NCBI RefSeq assembly: GCF_009914755.1
Contig: NC_060933.1
Direction: 5' to 3' (one strand)
DNA length: 64,000 nucleotides
Origin: the human T2T-CHM13v2.0 reference genome, Homo sapiens
The position numbers and the translations under genes were made by a program. The notes beneath the pieces were generated by a model that made no database searches, was not told where the DNA came from, and was given only the letters and a program-made list of their open reading frames with translations. Every line of letters starts with the position of its first letter. The stretch's first letter is position 1. This document shows positions 44,365 to 58,500 of the stretch, piece by piece.

Positions 44365-45490
44365 CTTTTTATTGTGGCAAAAAGCACATGAGATCAATCC
44401 TCTTAGTAAATTTTTAAATATACAGTACGGTACTGTTAAATTTTAAGTATAGTGCAGTACTATAAGCATAATGTTATACAACAGAGCTCTAGAACTTTTT
44501 AAACTCGCGTGACAGAAACTCTATACCTTTTGAACAGCAGTTCCCCAATTCCCCCTCCCCACAGCAGCCACCATTCTACTGTTTCTATAAGTTTGACTAC
44601 GTTAGATACTTCATATTGGTGAAATCATGCAGTATTTGTCCTTCTGTGGCTGGCTTATTTCACTTAGCAAAATGTTGTCAAGGTTCAAGCTGCAGCATCT
44701 GACAGTATTTCCTTCCTTTTCTATGGCTGAATAACATTCCATTGTACGTATATACTAAATTTTCTAAATTCATTCAACCATCAATGGGCATTTAGGTTGT
44801 TTCCATCTCTTGGCTATTATGAATACTGCATTAATGAAATGGGGAGTGCAAATATCTCTTCCAGATCCTGGTTTCATTTTTTTTTTTTTTAATATCCAGA
44901 AGTGGGAATCCTGAATCATATAGCATTTCTAATTCTTCTGAGGAACTTCCATACTGTTTTTCAAAACAGCTGCACCATTTTACACCCCTAGTAACAGTAC
45001 ATAAGGGTTCCAATTTCTCCACATCCTCACCAACACTATTTTTTTCAAATGGCCATTCTAACAGTTGTGAGATAATACCTCGTTGTAATTTTGCATCTCT
45101 CTATTAGTGATGTTGAGCATCCCTTCACGTACCTGTTGGTCATTTGTGTGTCTTCTTTGGAGAAATATCTATTAAAGTCCTTTGCCCATTATTTAATCAG
45201 TCTTTATATGGATTTTTTTCTTCTATTAAGTTGTAGGAGCTCGTTTTGTATTTTGATTAACCTCTTAGCAAATATGTGGTTTGAAAATACCTTCTCCCAT
45301 TAGATAGACTGCCATTTGATTCTATTAAGTCTCCTTAGCTATGCAGAAGCTTTTAAAGTTGATGCAGTCCCACTTGTCTATATTTGCTTTTGTTGCTTGT
45401 GCTTTTGGTGTTATCTCCAAGAAGTCAACAATGTTATGAAGATTTTCCCCTATGTTTTCTTTTAGGAGTTTTATACTGTCAGATCTTATG
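44365..45490 (-). mobile_element. L1MA/MB 3' portion
   Basis: Reverse L1 3' text (gaaatcatgcagtatttgtccttctgtggctggcttatttcacttagc; gtgtcttctttggagaaatatctatt). Confidence 0.85.
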
Positions 45491-45804
45491 TGTTGTTAAT
45501 ATTTTGTCCATCTGAAATAATTTAGTTTCTCACTATACAATATTACAGAAACAAGTTTCCAAAAATGTACAAAACATTGAAGTTTGTAAAAATAAAGCTA
45601 CACTGGGGTTTATGAAAATAAACTTCAAATGGATTCAAGGGCATAATAGTTAAAAAAACAAAAATATCAAAGTTTTCTTGAAAAATGAAGGAAAATACAT
45701 AATCTTGATTTAGGAAAGACCTTTCTAAACAAGGTAATAAAACCCAGAAGTCATAATAAAAAGTATTAAATTTCAAGGTAGTTTAATTCTTCCATACAAC
45801 ATGA

Positions 45805-46360
45805 TGATTGGGCAAATTTAATTTCCAAAGATGTCCTCAACAATATCTCCCATCCTATATACTTTTCCTGTGAAGTGTGACTCTGACACTCTTCCCATGA
45901 AATGGAATTATGTTCTCTCCCGCTGACTCTGGATAAGCTTGGGACTACAGGTTTGTGACTTCTGAAGCTAGGTGACAAAAAGTGACATAGTTTCTTTCTG
46001 GTTGTCTTGGGCCACTGTCTTCTAGAACCCAGCCATCATGCTGTAAGTAAGCCCAAAGTTATATGTAGAGGTCCATGTAGGTGTTCTGGATGATAACCCA
46101 AGCTGAGTTCTCAGCTGACAGCCAGCATCAACCATCAGGTATGCGAGTAAACGAGGCTTCTGTTGATTGCAGTTGCCAGCCATAGAATCTTCCAGGATCT
46201 TTCGGTCCTCCAGCTAAGACCTCAGACACCATGGAAGACAGAAAAGCTGCTGTGCCCTTTCTGAATGCCTGACCCACAGAAACTGTGACCATAAAAAAAT
46301 GGTTGGTTTTTTTATGGCACTAAGTTTGGGATTGTTATATAGCAAAAGCAACTGGAACAA
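45805..46360 (+). mobile_element. MLT1-type MaLR LTR
   Basis: ccaaagatg...gacttctgaagctaggt...cagccagcatcaacc...ctaagtttgggattgttatatagcaa...actggaaca. Confidence 0.72.
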
Positions 46361-46840
46361 TCACCATAAAGAAAAACAAGTGACTGGGCTAAATTTTAGA
46401 AACCTATTAAATAGATTAAAAAATAATACCCAGGAAATATATTAATAAAAAGTTACTAACATTTGACAAGCAAAGGTAACCTAGTCAAAAACCATAAACA
46501 AAGAATACACAAGAGAAAAAAAACCAGACGTTCACCTCTATTACTTTGCTACAAATTTTAAAGATTAATAGTATTCATGTGAGAATGTGTGTAAAGAATT
46601 TTGGAAGACATTTTGGTACTTCCTATCAAAATTAAAAATATGTACATCCTCTGACTTGTCAATTTCACTTCTAGACTTTACCTACAGAAATACTAACAAA
46701 TGGGCACAAATATTTCTGCACAAGACTGTCCTCCATAGCACTGTTACTAATAGCAAAAAAAAAAAAAAAAAAAAATCTATATGATGCCCACTACAGAGGA
46801 ATGGTTAAATAATAGTTTATTGATATGAACTGTACAGAAG

Positions 46841-47089
46841 AGGGTGGGCATGGTGGCTCATGCCTATCATCAAGCAGTTTGTGAGGCCAAGGCGGGCAGA
46901 CTGCTTGAGCTCAGGAGTTGCAGACCAGCCTGGGCCACATGGCAAAATCCCGACTCTACAAAAAATATAAAAATTAGCTGGGTGTGGGAGGATGGCTTGA
47001 GCCAGGAGGTGGAGGCTGCAGTGAGCTGAGATTGTGCCACTGCACTCCAGCCTAGGTGACAGAGGCAGACCCTGTATCCAAAAAAAAAG
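46841..47089 (+). mobile_element. AluJ with internal deletion
   Basis: gcttgagctcaggagtt; part of the right arm is missing (gggtgtgggaggatggcttgag). Confidence 0.85.
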
Positions 47090-48809
47090 TTATTATATGT
47101 TAATAGGGATAATCATATATCATTATATGATAGGAATATCATATATAACACATATGATAATGTGAAGGAAGGGGAGTGCAATGATGCACACCAAATTATG
47201 GCCAGTAGCTACTTTTGGGGAGGAGGGTGGGAGTGAAGATTTTGGTAACGGCAATTTTTTCCATTTTGTTCTAGACGGTGATAAGTGCTATGGGCTGGGG
47301 GCGGGGGGGAAGTAAGGACAAGAGATCAGGGCTGTTGTGGGAGGGTTATGTAAATTTTAAAAACTGATCAATTTTTCATGTTTACATAAAGTATAAAAAC
47401 ATCTATCAGTATGCTACATACCATGTTTAAAACAGCGTTCACCTCTGAGGAGGAAAAAGAAGACTCTACAGGGCTTTGAATACCAAAAAGTGAGGATCAC
47501 TGAAGACCCTCTTAGAAGGTTCCTACCACAGCGATTACCCAAATTATTGGAGACTTTCAAACGTAAAAAATGTACATGAAAAATCAATGACAAAAATTAG
47601 AGCACTTCACAGCACAGTATCGTGCACTGACTGGATCAGTATTTTCCACATTGTGGGTACTTTTCCGTGATGAGAATATCTGAAATGCTTTTGAACACTG
47701 AAAAACTCGCTAAAAGCCAGACATCAAGTTACAAGTGCAGACCATCCAAAAACCCTTCATACTGGTTACTTCTAGACACCATTAAAATATGAACCTGTTT
47801 AACATAATGAGGATATGTGTTCTACAGCTACAAAGCTTACACAAGTTATAAAACAAATTTCATTAACTTGTTGGTCCTGACTTCAGCTAGGATTACGCAT
47901 CTATAGTTTCAATGTGGAACTATAAAATCTCCATCTCGTACTAGGTACTCAAACATTCAGTTATGGCCAGTAGCTACTTTTGGGGAGGAGGGAACATGTC
48001 TAATTTTTTAAAGTTGTAAATTTCAATACTAAGAAAGATAAATATCACCCAAACCATGCTACAATTAAACTTACTACTAAAGACACACTCAAATACGTGT
48101 CTACAGTAGTATCTGAGTGCTTGGAATTGTATATTCCAAGTTCCTAATTTCCTCAATAGTCTGGCTTTCTTAAAAAATGCAAAACACACTGCTATTTTTA
48201 TTGTGTTTGATCTTTAAACAGAGGTGCTTTCTTGTTTGGAGAAGGGGCCTAATTTGAAAATACTAGTCATCCAGAGGACATACAAAGAATGTGCTGTGAC
48301 TGATACAAATATTTTTTTAAGTTAGCTTAGATGTATTTTTTTTTTTCAAGCTAACACATATCCTCTATCCTTCCTCAGTACTGTTTGCTCAGCTGGATGT
48401 CTACAGGGTCCAATTTTCCTTCCAATTGCTCTTGCACGCTAATATAATTGCTGCTCATATGGGTAATTGGTCAGCCTAGAGCAGCATTTGTATGCATTTG
48501 TTCATCTACAGTATCTGGCAACTTCTCAAATGATTTTGCACTCTTATAATACAATCACGTATTTTTAGTTTTTGCCTCTTTATAACAAGGCTAAGTAGGT
48601 GTGAATCTGTAAAGGATACATATTTTAAGTGTTCAAAAGCTGGAATATACAGATACACATTCAAATTATTTTTAGCAGTGGACGTTTCTTCTCACTTATC
48701 AGAGTCAATGAATCTAGTCTCAAATGTATGTTCCTCTGCTCCACCTTCCCCAATTGTTTCCTCCCCAAAGCCAAATTAACTAGATTAAACCACACTATCG
48801 CTTAAAAAA

Positions 48810-49930
48810 GGTGACAAGCCATTTTCACTTAATACTGATGAAACAGCAAAAACCATTAATTTTACTAAAGCTTGTTCTTGAGCACATTTTAAATATTGTT
48901 TGACAAAATGGAAGTACACATAAAGCACTTCAGGTGAATTCCAGAATTTAATTGTATTATTACTAAAGAAAAGCACTTGTGTGACTGTTTGAGTTGCAAG
49001 CTGAACTAGCCACTTTCTTTCATGGAACACCATTTTATACTTGAAGGAATGACTGACAAACCAGTTTTTCAGACTTGGGTATTTGGCAAGCATTTTCTCA
49101 AAAATAAGTGAAGGTAACCTGTCACTTCAAGGACAACTACTGACAGTATGTGGTTGCCAATAAAAAAATTCAAGCTTTCACATGAAAATTAGAATTCTGA
49201 AAAATGTAATCTGTCACCACAAACTTAACCGCTTCCCAATACTTACTTTTCTGACAAGATCAGTGGTAATATTAATGAATTTAATTTTATTTTGTATGGC
49301 TAAAAGCAATACTTACTTTTCTGACAAGACCAGTGGTAATATTAATGAACTTAATTTTGTATGGCTAAAAGAACTTTCCAAAGTGAAAAAGAGACCAGTG
49401 GATTTTAAGAACACGAAAAGTTCCTTGGTATTGTTTCTGACTCCACATTGGAACTAACTAAACTTTAAGAAACCATCACTTGAGTTTTAGTGTAGTACCA
49501 GAGGAAAATATCCAGTTACCTGAAAAGATCAGAATACTCCTCCTTTTTCCAACTACATTATCTGCACAAGATCAGACTTCTCCAGATACTTCTAACAAAA
49601 TAACAATTCAATTGGTCTAATGCGAAGCAGTATGAGATCCAACTTTCTTCTATGAAGGCAGACATGAGAGCTTTGCAGAAACATAAAATCATGGGTCTCT
49701 AAACAAAAATGTTATTTATGTTAACGTAATGAGTTTATGTTTAAATGAATTAGCAACTATTTAAATTTTTTCCCATTTTGTTTCAAATTCTCCTAGATCC
49801 TAATCGGTTTTATTTTCTATTACAATAAATACTGATAAACATAACTTACATAAGCAAAAATTCTTTGGGGCCTGCAGTAATTTTTATAAATGTAAAGGAG
49901 TCCTGAGACCAAAAAGTTTGAGAACTGTTG
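48810..49930 (+). mobile_element. Charlie1-like hAT transposon remnant
   Basis: gagttgcaagctgaactagccactt...ttcagacttgggtatttggca...; terminal tcctgagaccaaaaagtttgagaactgttg. A short related fragment lies at ~31290-31485. Confidence 0.75.
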
Positions 49931-50755
49931 TAACTTATCATCACTAAGAAAATATTATTATAAATGCTACTTAGAATCAAAACAAAGGAAATTGCAAAAT
50001 AAACAAGATTAAAGATTTATAATCCTTAAAAGTTTATCAGAAGGCAAACTTTCGGACAAACCTGCTTTGACTTACCAATAAAGCAAAATTTATAGTTTTA
50101 TTTGCAAATCTATCAAATAATTTATCACTAATCTAGAATATTTTTCAAAATTACTTTTCTGGTAATAAAATTTTTAAAAGAATTTAAAAAATAAAGTTAA
50201 ACCTCTGTCTTTCAATCTCAGGGCAGTTTCTACTAACTCACTGTCTTTAAGACCTGCTGACTGATTTGTCTTTTCAGAGCTGATGATTTTTTTTGGCCAA
50301 CTTCATAGGAGCACAGGCTTTAATTCAATATTGCCAGATCTAAAATAGTGCCTAGGTGTAAACTTAAAGTTTCTGCATTTTACTGTAAGTAAATTATTCC
50401 CCTCAAGAAAAAATACTGCTATAAAATAGTGTCTGCCACAATAAATGTTAAATAAATTGGGTGACTGAATCCAGCCATCTGCGTCATCTCTAAGATAAAC
50501 ATGCCTAACTAGAAATACTGCGTTTGTCAATTTCAACCCTAGTATGTACACCTAGTTCTTTTTGAATACTTAATGAATTTTGTGATTATGGCAGAACAAT
50601 ATCCTAAGGCTAGTAATCATGAATAATTATCCACATTGTATAAAATTTTTAAAAGTGACCTATTACATTGGTAGTGCTGAAATCTAGAATTTGGGTTAAT
50701 TTTCCTAAGTAAGAAAGGTAAGAGGATAAAAACAGTCCTACGTTTTTAAAAAATA

Positions 50756-50761
50756 TTTATT
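50756..50761 (-). terminator. ZDHHC21: Probable main poly(A) signal of ZDHHC21
   Basis: Plus-strand tttatt = AATAAA on minus, followed in transcript direction by U-rich sequence (ctgtttttatcctcttacctttct). Confidence 0.7.
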
Positions 50762-52348
50762 TAAAAATAAGATTTCAAAAAATACAGTACTTAATACATT
50801 TTGAGAAGTAAAAATTCCACAATTTAAATTAAAAACAATCTGCAAAGAAAATAGAAATATTACGTGAAAAAAACTAAATCGCTACAATAAATTAAAAACA
50901 ACAACATTGTTCTTAAGGTAGATACATGGTTTGATTTTCACATTAAGAACCAGTGTAGACTTTTCATCTAAACAAATACATCTCAGCTACATGGTTCCCA
51001 CTTGTCATTTCACCCATTTTACTCACTCTTCTCAATCTATTCTTACATCTCTCAACTACTATTTTCCTAATTACCATCAACACTAGAAATATTGGTGAAG
51101 ATTTTCTTCAAATTCTCTTAGGGGAAAGACAAGGTAAAAATAATAGACAATGCAAGGAAAACAGCACTCAGATCTATACATATTATGTACTGAATAATAA
51201 AATGCCTGACAAATTTAAAAACAGGATCTTCTTATGCCACTTGTAACATACCACTATTAAAAGCATTTTAGGGATATAATACTAGACAGAACTTGGGGTT
51301 CACACATAATTTTAGGAGCCTCAAGAATAACATAGATTTTGGCTATTCATTAAACTTGCCAGTTAGATCACACACAAAAAAACACTAATTCCAGGGACAC
51401 AAAGTGAGCTCATACAGCATGATCCATGTGTGCTCTGTCCTTGCAAGAGCCTAGCTTTGTCCTCCCGTGTTAGACTCACAATTCACTTGTCGGAATATCT
51501 CTGATTCTGGTGGAAGTTTTTACTTTTGTATCATTTAGTTGCTTTATTCTTACATATATGAAGTAGAATTTTTTTTCTTTTATATGTTCATCTCTGGGAG
51601 ACAGTGAATAGTGGTGAATTCTCTACTACTCAATAACTTGAAAAATTACTGCATTCAGCCACATGCATTTAAATCACGCATAAACAAGCCAAATTACTCA
51701 GAATCAATACAGTGGCAACACAATCTAGGGAATATTGTTGGCAGATTAGAGAGAGATAATGTTGCTTCATCTCATTAGGCTTTCAAATTTTGCTTTCACC
51801 TCTAATGATATGTTCATCTAGATTTCTACATATCGTTCAAATGATCTGAAGCCACATGTCACATAAATTTCAGACTTGATTCTTTTTTTCCATTCAGAAT
51901 TGACTGCAAAACCATATATTGTATCTACATTCAAGGAGAGGTTGATTTTAGCTAACAATAATGCAAAATATTTTCAAATGTGAATGTCTGCCTTTCCAAT
52001 ATACACACTGTCACCTTCTTGCCAGAATGATTAACCATTTTAGCTGCAGTTGTAAGGACACTGAGTGTTTTGAGAATTTTAAAGGGAAAAATCTGGAACC
52101 CAAATAATATACATAGCAGCATTACATTTGGACAACTACATTTCAAAGGTGTTTTAAATTACGAGTACACTTAAAGGGTGTTTCTCTTCATTTTTGTAAA
52201 ATTAACTACTAAGCAAAATTAGTTTTAAAAATCTTACTCTATGTAAAGTGAGTAACCATATCCAGACTTTTTTCTTTCATTAAGTTCAATTTTCTGTTAT
52301 CAGTTTTGCTTAAATCAAGGTACATATGCATTTCCTCTTGGGAAAGCA

Positions 52349-52386
<38 letters not shown>

Positions 52387-52508
52387 CGTATCTCTCTCTC
52401 TCTATATCTACACACACATATGTACACATACATATATTTTAAAGGTGTTCTGTTATCTTTATTTGCAAAGTAGACAAATGGCAATATTATTCTTTAAAGC
52501 CACTAAAG

Positions 52509-52511
<3 letters not shown>

Positions 52512-52551
<40 letters not shown>
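52512..52551 (+). repeat. (AC)20 microsatellite = (GU)20 in the ZDHHC21 3' UTR
   Basis: Directly visible; an imperfect (CT)/(CA) tract lies at 52349-52435. Confidence 0.96.
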
Positions 52552-52555
<4 letters not shown>

Positions 52556-55500
52556 AACTCTTGATTTGTAATGAGAACGAACCTTAACTCTTCATTTTAG
52601 TATTTTGTTTCAGTATTCACTAAAGTGCCCAATAAGCTATATAGTTCATTTATATAAATTAGAGTTCTTACCTTTTTATTCATTGTTGCAGAAATAAAAC
52701 AACTTGTGAAAAGTGCTTCAATTATCTTTTGTAATTTCAGCCTATCAAACTACCTTTTAAAGTAGCCAAGCTATATTGAAATACAAAATTATAATCCATA
52801 CATGCCTACCTAAAAAAAAATCCAAATGAGAAACATTTAAAATCCATTAAATTGCCAGAGCAGCATGCAAAAAATAAGATCTGTTAATCAAACTGTTCTT
52901 AGTAACATTAAATTCTACTTTATAAATACACAACGATGTGAGAAGAAAACTCAGTCAACCAAAAAGAAAATTAACTCTTTGGTACAGGAATTAAAAATGT
53001 CACTCAATGCTAAAGTGAATAGCACCAGGATGTTTTATAGTTGTTGAGGTTATAAAACACGAACTTCAGGCACCAGTAGGTTAAAATATCATCCAATGTA
53101 TACTGGCAAGAATATATAGCTTGCAATACGCAGGTAAGCTTTCCCTTTAGTTAACAGCCTGCAAACAATTAAACCCTGTATTTGGTCAAACAGGCAGGCA
53201 AAGCCACAAAAAAGCCCACAACTTCTGTTAAGCTATTTTGTCCGCATCTTTGTTTATATATAAAGCTATCGATACCAAAAAAATCAGTGTTGAACTGTTA
53301 TAAGAACGACATTACATGTTACAGATATTCAAAATACCAATAGAAATGGAGACCTTCGAGGTATCAAGAACTCCAAAATATCCCAAATGTTAAAGTGAAA
53401 GCCACCCTTATATATTGTTTATTTTTCCTCTGGTGACAAAATTTTCTATACACTCAGTATCTTTTCTTTGCAATAAGAGATTTCCAGAAAAGGTGCCAGT
53501 TTTTTCAAACTTTGGTCAACCTATTCATTTCTCCTCTGCATTAAATAGCTGAGTTTTCCACATTATTTTTAACACTTCACATGATCATACTCTACACAAT
53601 TATATTTAAAACTAAAATATTTATAAAAGGCATCTGACCAACTGAAGAGAAACCGCAATATAAATTCTTTAAGTTAAATAATTCAAACTAAATGCTTATA
53701 TGCACTAACAACTCTTCCCATAAAAATGGTATAAATAAGAGATAAGGCTAAAATGATTACAGCAAAGAGATTCTCTGATGTCAGAAACTGGCTCCAGTCA
53801 ACTCTGTTGCTGAGATGCTGATTATTCATGCACCATCTAGCCTTCTCTCCATCTTAGTAAGTTTGTGGATACTCACTACTCATTTGTACCTATTCTCTAG
53901 GGTGGACAAGGCAAAAAGAACATAATAATAGTAAAAAATATAATGATAATGGAAAGTATCAGTAATATCAATGACTTTTTAAATACCATTGTTATTTCTG
54001 TTTCAAATTAGCAGGCAGTATTGTAACATCTGAAGAACTGACAAAGATATAGTGAGTTTTGTTGCTAAAAATTGCACAATGATAATAAAAGAAGTCAGAA
54101 AAGTCACTTTCCTGAAGTTAAACCATCATCATCTCAAAAGGAGCAGAAATGCTAAATACTGATTAACATATAGAATTACAACACTGGTTCAAAATAGTTC
54201 AAGCAAGTTGGTTCTAATACTTTCTTATACTGTACTGTGGAATATTCTAGAATTCAACTGAGAATGACTAAATATAGAGCACAATGAAATCTGTGATTTA
54301 TAATAAATTCAGAGGATGATTTCTAGAATAAAAGTTAACAAACTTGGGCATTAAATAACACATTCATTAATCATACAGTTAATACTAGCAAGTAGAACAC
54401 ATTAAATGTACATGGCTTATTTGCTACACTTACCAATACTTATATTTTTAAAGCAGTAGTAGAGTTGTGTGAAAATCTAATATTTGTATCTATTAGCAAA
54501 CTACTCAATATTTGTATGTGTGAATTTTATCAAATAAATTCTAGATATATCTATGTATATTAGAGGTCATGTCAGAAACTTATTCAATAAAGTAACTATA
54601 GGTTATTAAACTTGGTAAACTTGAGCTAAGTAATCTATTGATACAGGAAGCGCAAGAGAAGCAGAGACTAGAGAAAAGTCCAGAGAGAGACTAGCAGCTC
54701 TATTAATTAGTATTAATGGCATATTAAACCAGAGCTTGGTACATTGTGATTTTATAGCAATACATGTGAAAACACTCAAACTACCCCATGATCTAACACA
54801 CAGAAAATTGTGTAGCTATAATCTAAATCAGTTCACACTTCCTGGTTTGAAGTGTTGTCCTAACTTAAGTCTTCATGATTAGCATTCAGAATTAATACAC
54901 CCTTTGGAGTGAAACATATCACCCACTAGTTACTTGTATGGGAGTGACTTGAATGTGTAACAAAGAATAGTTATCATTAGCCATCATACTTAGAGAAAAA
55001 TGCCTCTATGCATTGGCAAAAATGCACTGATGTTAATCCTGGCAGATGTTTTAACTCAGCTGTTATACTGAACATTACGTATTATGTTCTCTATTTCATT
55101 ATTAAAAATAAACCATGCTTTTTTTCTGAAAAAGTTAATATGTTAACTACAATTTAAAACAGCTATTTCTAATGTTAAGCACAAATATTTGTAATACAAC
55201 TCTTAAGCAAAATAGTATTTTTATTATAATGAAACATCAGCTAACTTGATATTTTTAAACTGTAAGTCTGGGTTACAAAGTACCAACTGCTCTGTAACTG
55301 AATGCCTACTGCTTGAAGGGTCCTGAACTCAGTCCATTTTTGCCTACAATCTTAAGCCTACATGAAGCCCATAAACATTTTTGTTTGCAGAAAACAACAA
55401 TGACAAATATGATTGTTAAGGAGGTGTAACTTACAGTATCTAGGTAAAAACCTTTCATTTCCAGAAGGTCGACAAATGACTTTACTGATGTAAAAACATG

Positions 55501-58500
55501 CTTTAACATACATTTTGCTTAAAATCAAATAGAATGTTTATAAAGAAATACTTCAGTCCAACATACATATTACATCAGTAATCTTACTGCTCACAATTAT
55601 TTTCTAACGCCCAACACCTTTAGTTGTTTTCAGTTATCCAGAATACATAAGAAATTGTTACTAAAACTATAGATATAACTCTGCGAAATGTAAAAAAAAG
55701 AACAAAGAAAAGGAAAATTATACAAAGAATCATTAATCTCTTAGTTATTTTAAGGCAATAGAGCCAGTAAAAAAATCATTTCAAAACTGAGTAAAATAAA
55801 CTAAATGTAGTTTTTTAGATATTCATTAAAACACAGAAAATGCTTGGTTGTCTTTGTAGCTACAATACATTTCTATGTTTTGTAATAAATTGGTAATTTC
55901 AAAGTAACAGCTTTTCCAATTCTAAGGAATTACTCTGCCAAAATAAGGTTTAAAATAAAATACATAAAATGGCTTAGTTTATCCTAATCTGATATAAATT
56001 TGTGATTGATTGACAGCAAGAATATAATGGGAACGTACATAAATGAAGCAAAGCAGTCATCACATTCTTATGAACTAGAAATAACATCATAAAAACATGT
56101 TCATTTTCATAAAATTTTACATTTTTCTACATACACTCCTCCTAAGTTTGTACTTTTGATATGTTCAGAATGTGGCTATACTATTTACTTATGGGGCAGT
56201 AAATCTTTAGAGCCAGTATAATTACATCAATTAGCCAAAAGAGGGCGCAGAAACAACACCAGCAGATATGCTTAGCAAACTGCCAGTTGGTTTTTCTCTA
56301 GTAGTCTAATAAGAATTAACAAAACCCACAGGAGAGTTAGGTACGCTAACTGGGGAATACTGAAAGTTACAGTGTTAAGTATATATAGATATACTGTAAT
56401 ATACATTCTTATGTATATATACTGATAGATAGCATTTCTGCATTCAAATAAAATAAGTGTATGCTTTTCTAGTATATTAGTTTGTAGTCCAATAATTTAG
56501 GGGAACTGAGTACAGAGGGATCAGGACCAGGAAAGGTAAAGAGGAAGAGGGAAAAGAATATGCCCTAGATGAGGTAAATCTAGGAAAAATAAGAGCACAA
56601 ATCATCAGAGTGGGAAAGAGACCCTGCCCAGTACCCACTGCTACTACATGAAGTATAAATTAGCCACAAAGTTCTTTAGGTGATCTTCACTTGGCTCTGC
56701 TGTTTTCTCAAGGTCTTTATTTGAAAGGAATGTATACAATATAAGGCATTCAACTGATATCTACCTACCTTATCTATATATTACTTCCTTATGAACAGTT
56801 CTGTCACCAGGCCAAATGTGGCCAAATTAGCTTGCACAAAATCCAAACCCTTGTGCCTGACATGAACATTCTAATTTTGTGTTTCACTAAGCTTTATAAA
56901 TATATTTCTTCTATTTAATTTACTACATCTCTTTTCAGTACCAATAAATATGTTCGTCTGCTGTATTTCTGTTCGTATTTCTGAGTTTGTAAGTAATAAA
57001 GTATTCTAATTAGAACATGAAAAACATGATATTAACATCTCTGAGAAGAACTTACTCTATTATTTCAGAATATGCTACAAGATATTTACAATTTCTGAAA
57101 GAACTAACCACAGTATAGCCAACTGGCTGACAATGGTAACCTTCTGTTTTATTATTTCCCAGGTATTGTTCCTTACTTTCAAAACTAGCTAAAAGGAAAA
57201 TGTTAGCATGGTTTATGAACAGTAGACTTTTTCAATCTTCTCTTCAAGGGAAAGACTGTGAGTACATAAATTTTTTAAAAAGATATATGGGTTTTGCAGT
57301 ATTCTAATGGAAAAAAACTAAAAGCTGAGTTTTTTTCAAAGCATACTAAATGTCTTTTCATACAAATGTTCTATGCCTTGCAAAAGAACATCACTATTAG
57401 TAATTTACATTTGTACAAGGCTAATGATAAACACAGATCATTATATTTTCTTATTTTAGGTTCACTTCCTAACACTAGCTACTAGTAAAAGGTCTCTCAA
57501 TGCAAATTACAGCCAGCCAATTAAAATTTAATTTTAATTTAGGGATTATAGGTACACAAAGTTAGTGACTTTTTTTAGTAGTAGCTTCCTATAAATAAAA
57601 TTTCTATATGAGTTGGCCAATATATATAAACCTTCAATGTGAAATTTTACATCTACTAGTACATAAATAAAAGTAAAAAGTATACTCTTTTCAAAAGCAC
57701 AATATTCCTCTTTATACTGTACATTATATACTATCTAGTTATACTAGCATTTTAAAAACATATGCATTCTAATATAACTGCACTAGAAAAGGTAATTGTG
57801 AAGTTATTGCAAATTCTCTCCCCTTTTTGCTCATTAAAATCTTAGGATAAAATAGGAATACATGCCCACTGGTCAGGAGTTCTCCTGGGAGCAAATATTT
57901 TAATCACAATCAATAATTACAACAGTAATAGTGAAAATTGAAAAAATTATTGTGAAAAAAATTTTAACATTTCCTTTATAGTAAGGTAGGTAGTTGGTGT
58001 TTTACTTCAGTGGTACTTTCATGTTGGTTTTGGTGAAGAAAAAAGAAGAAAACGTAAGCAAGCCACTCCTAAGAAACCAATGCCCGTTTTGTGTTGCTGT
58101 TGTTCACTCCTATGCTGCTGCATTTTTAAAAACGTTGCAGCACATTTAAAAGGAAAGGTTATTTTAAATTGGATTTGAAAAAGAAAATTTACCTATACTA
58201 TAAGAAGGTGTATCAACTTTTGTAAAACCTGAATAATTAAATTTAGATTTGGTTACTGTTTAAAAGTGAAAATTTTAAATAAACATCTGAAATTTACCAT
58301 AAATTAGAATCTGTAACACTGTCAGTACTAAAATAAATTATGTACAATTATTTCATCCTAATCACTGCCTTTTGAGTTTAATAACAAAAGCATTTCAAGA
58401 AATCCCTGTGGAAAGCTAATTTGAAAGTAAACATGCTTTAAAACTTAAATATAGATCTTGTATTAGTCCCACAACAGGATCAAGATCACTATTAAAATAA

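Noticed and set aside
50070-50078. Strong minus-strand donor TTG|GTAAGT downstream of the poly(A) site
   Set aside because: No convincing paired acceptor; isolated donor motifs are frequent by chance.
55306-55509. 67-aa ATG ORF with a hydrophobic stretch in the 3' UTR (possible microprotein)
   Set aside because: Hydrophobic ORFs of this size are expected in U-rich UTRs; no family resemblance or other support.
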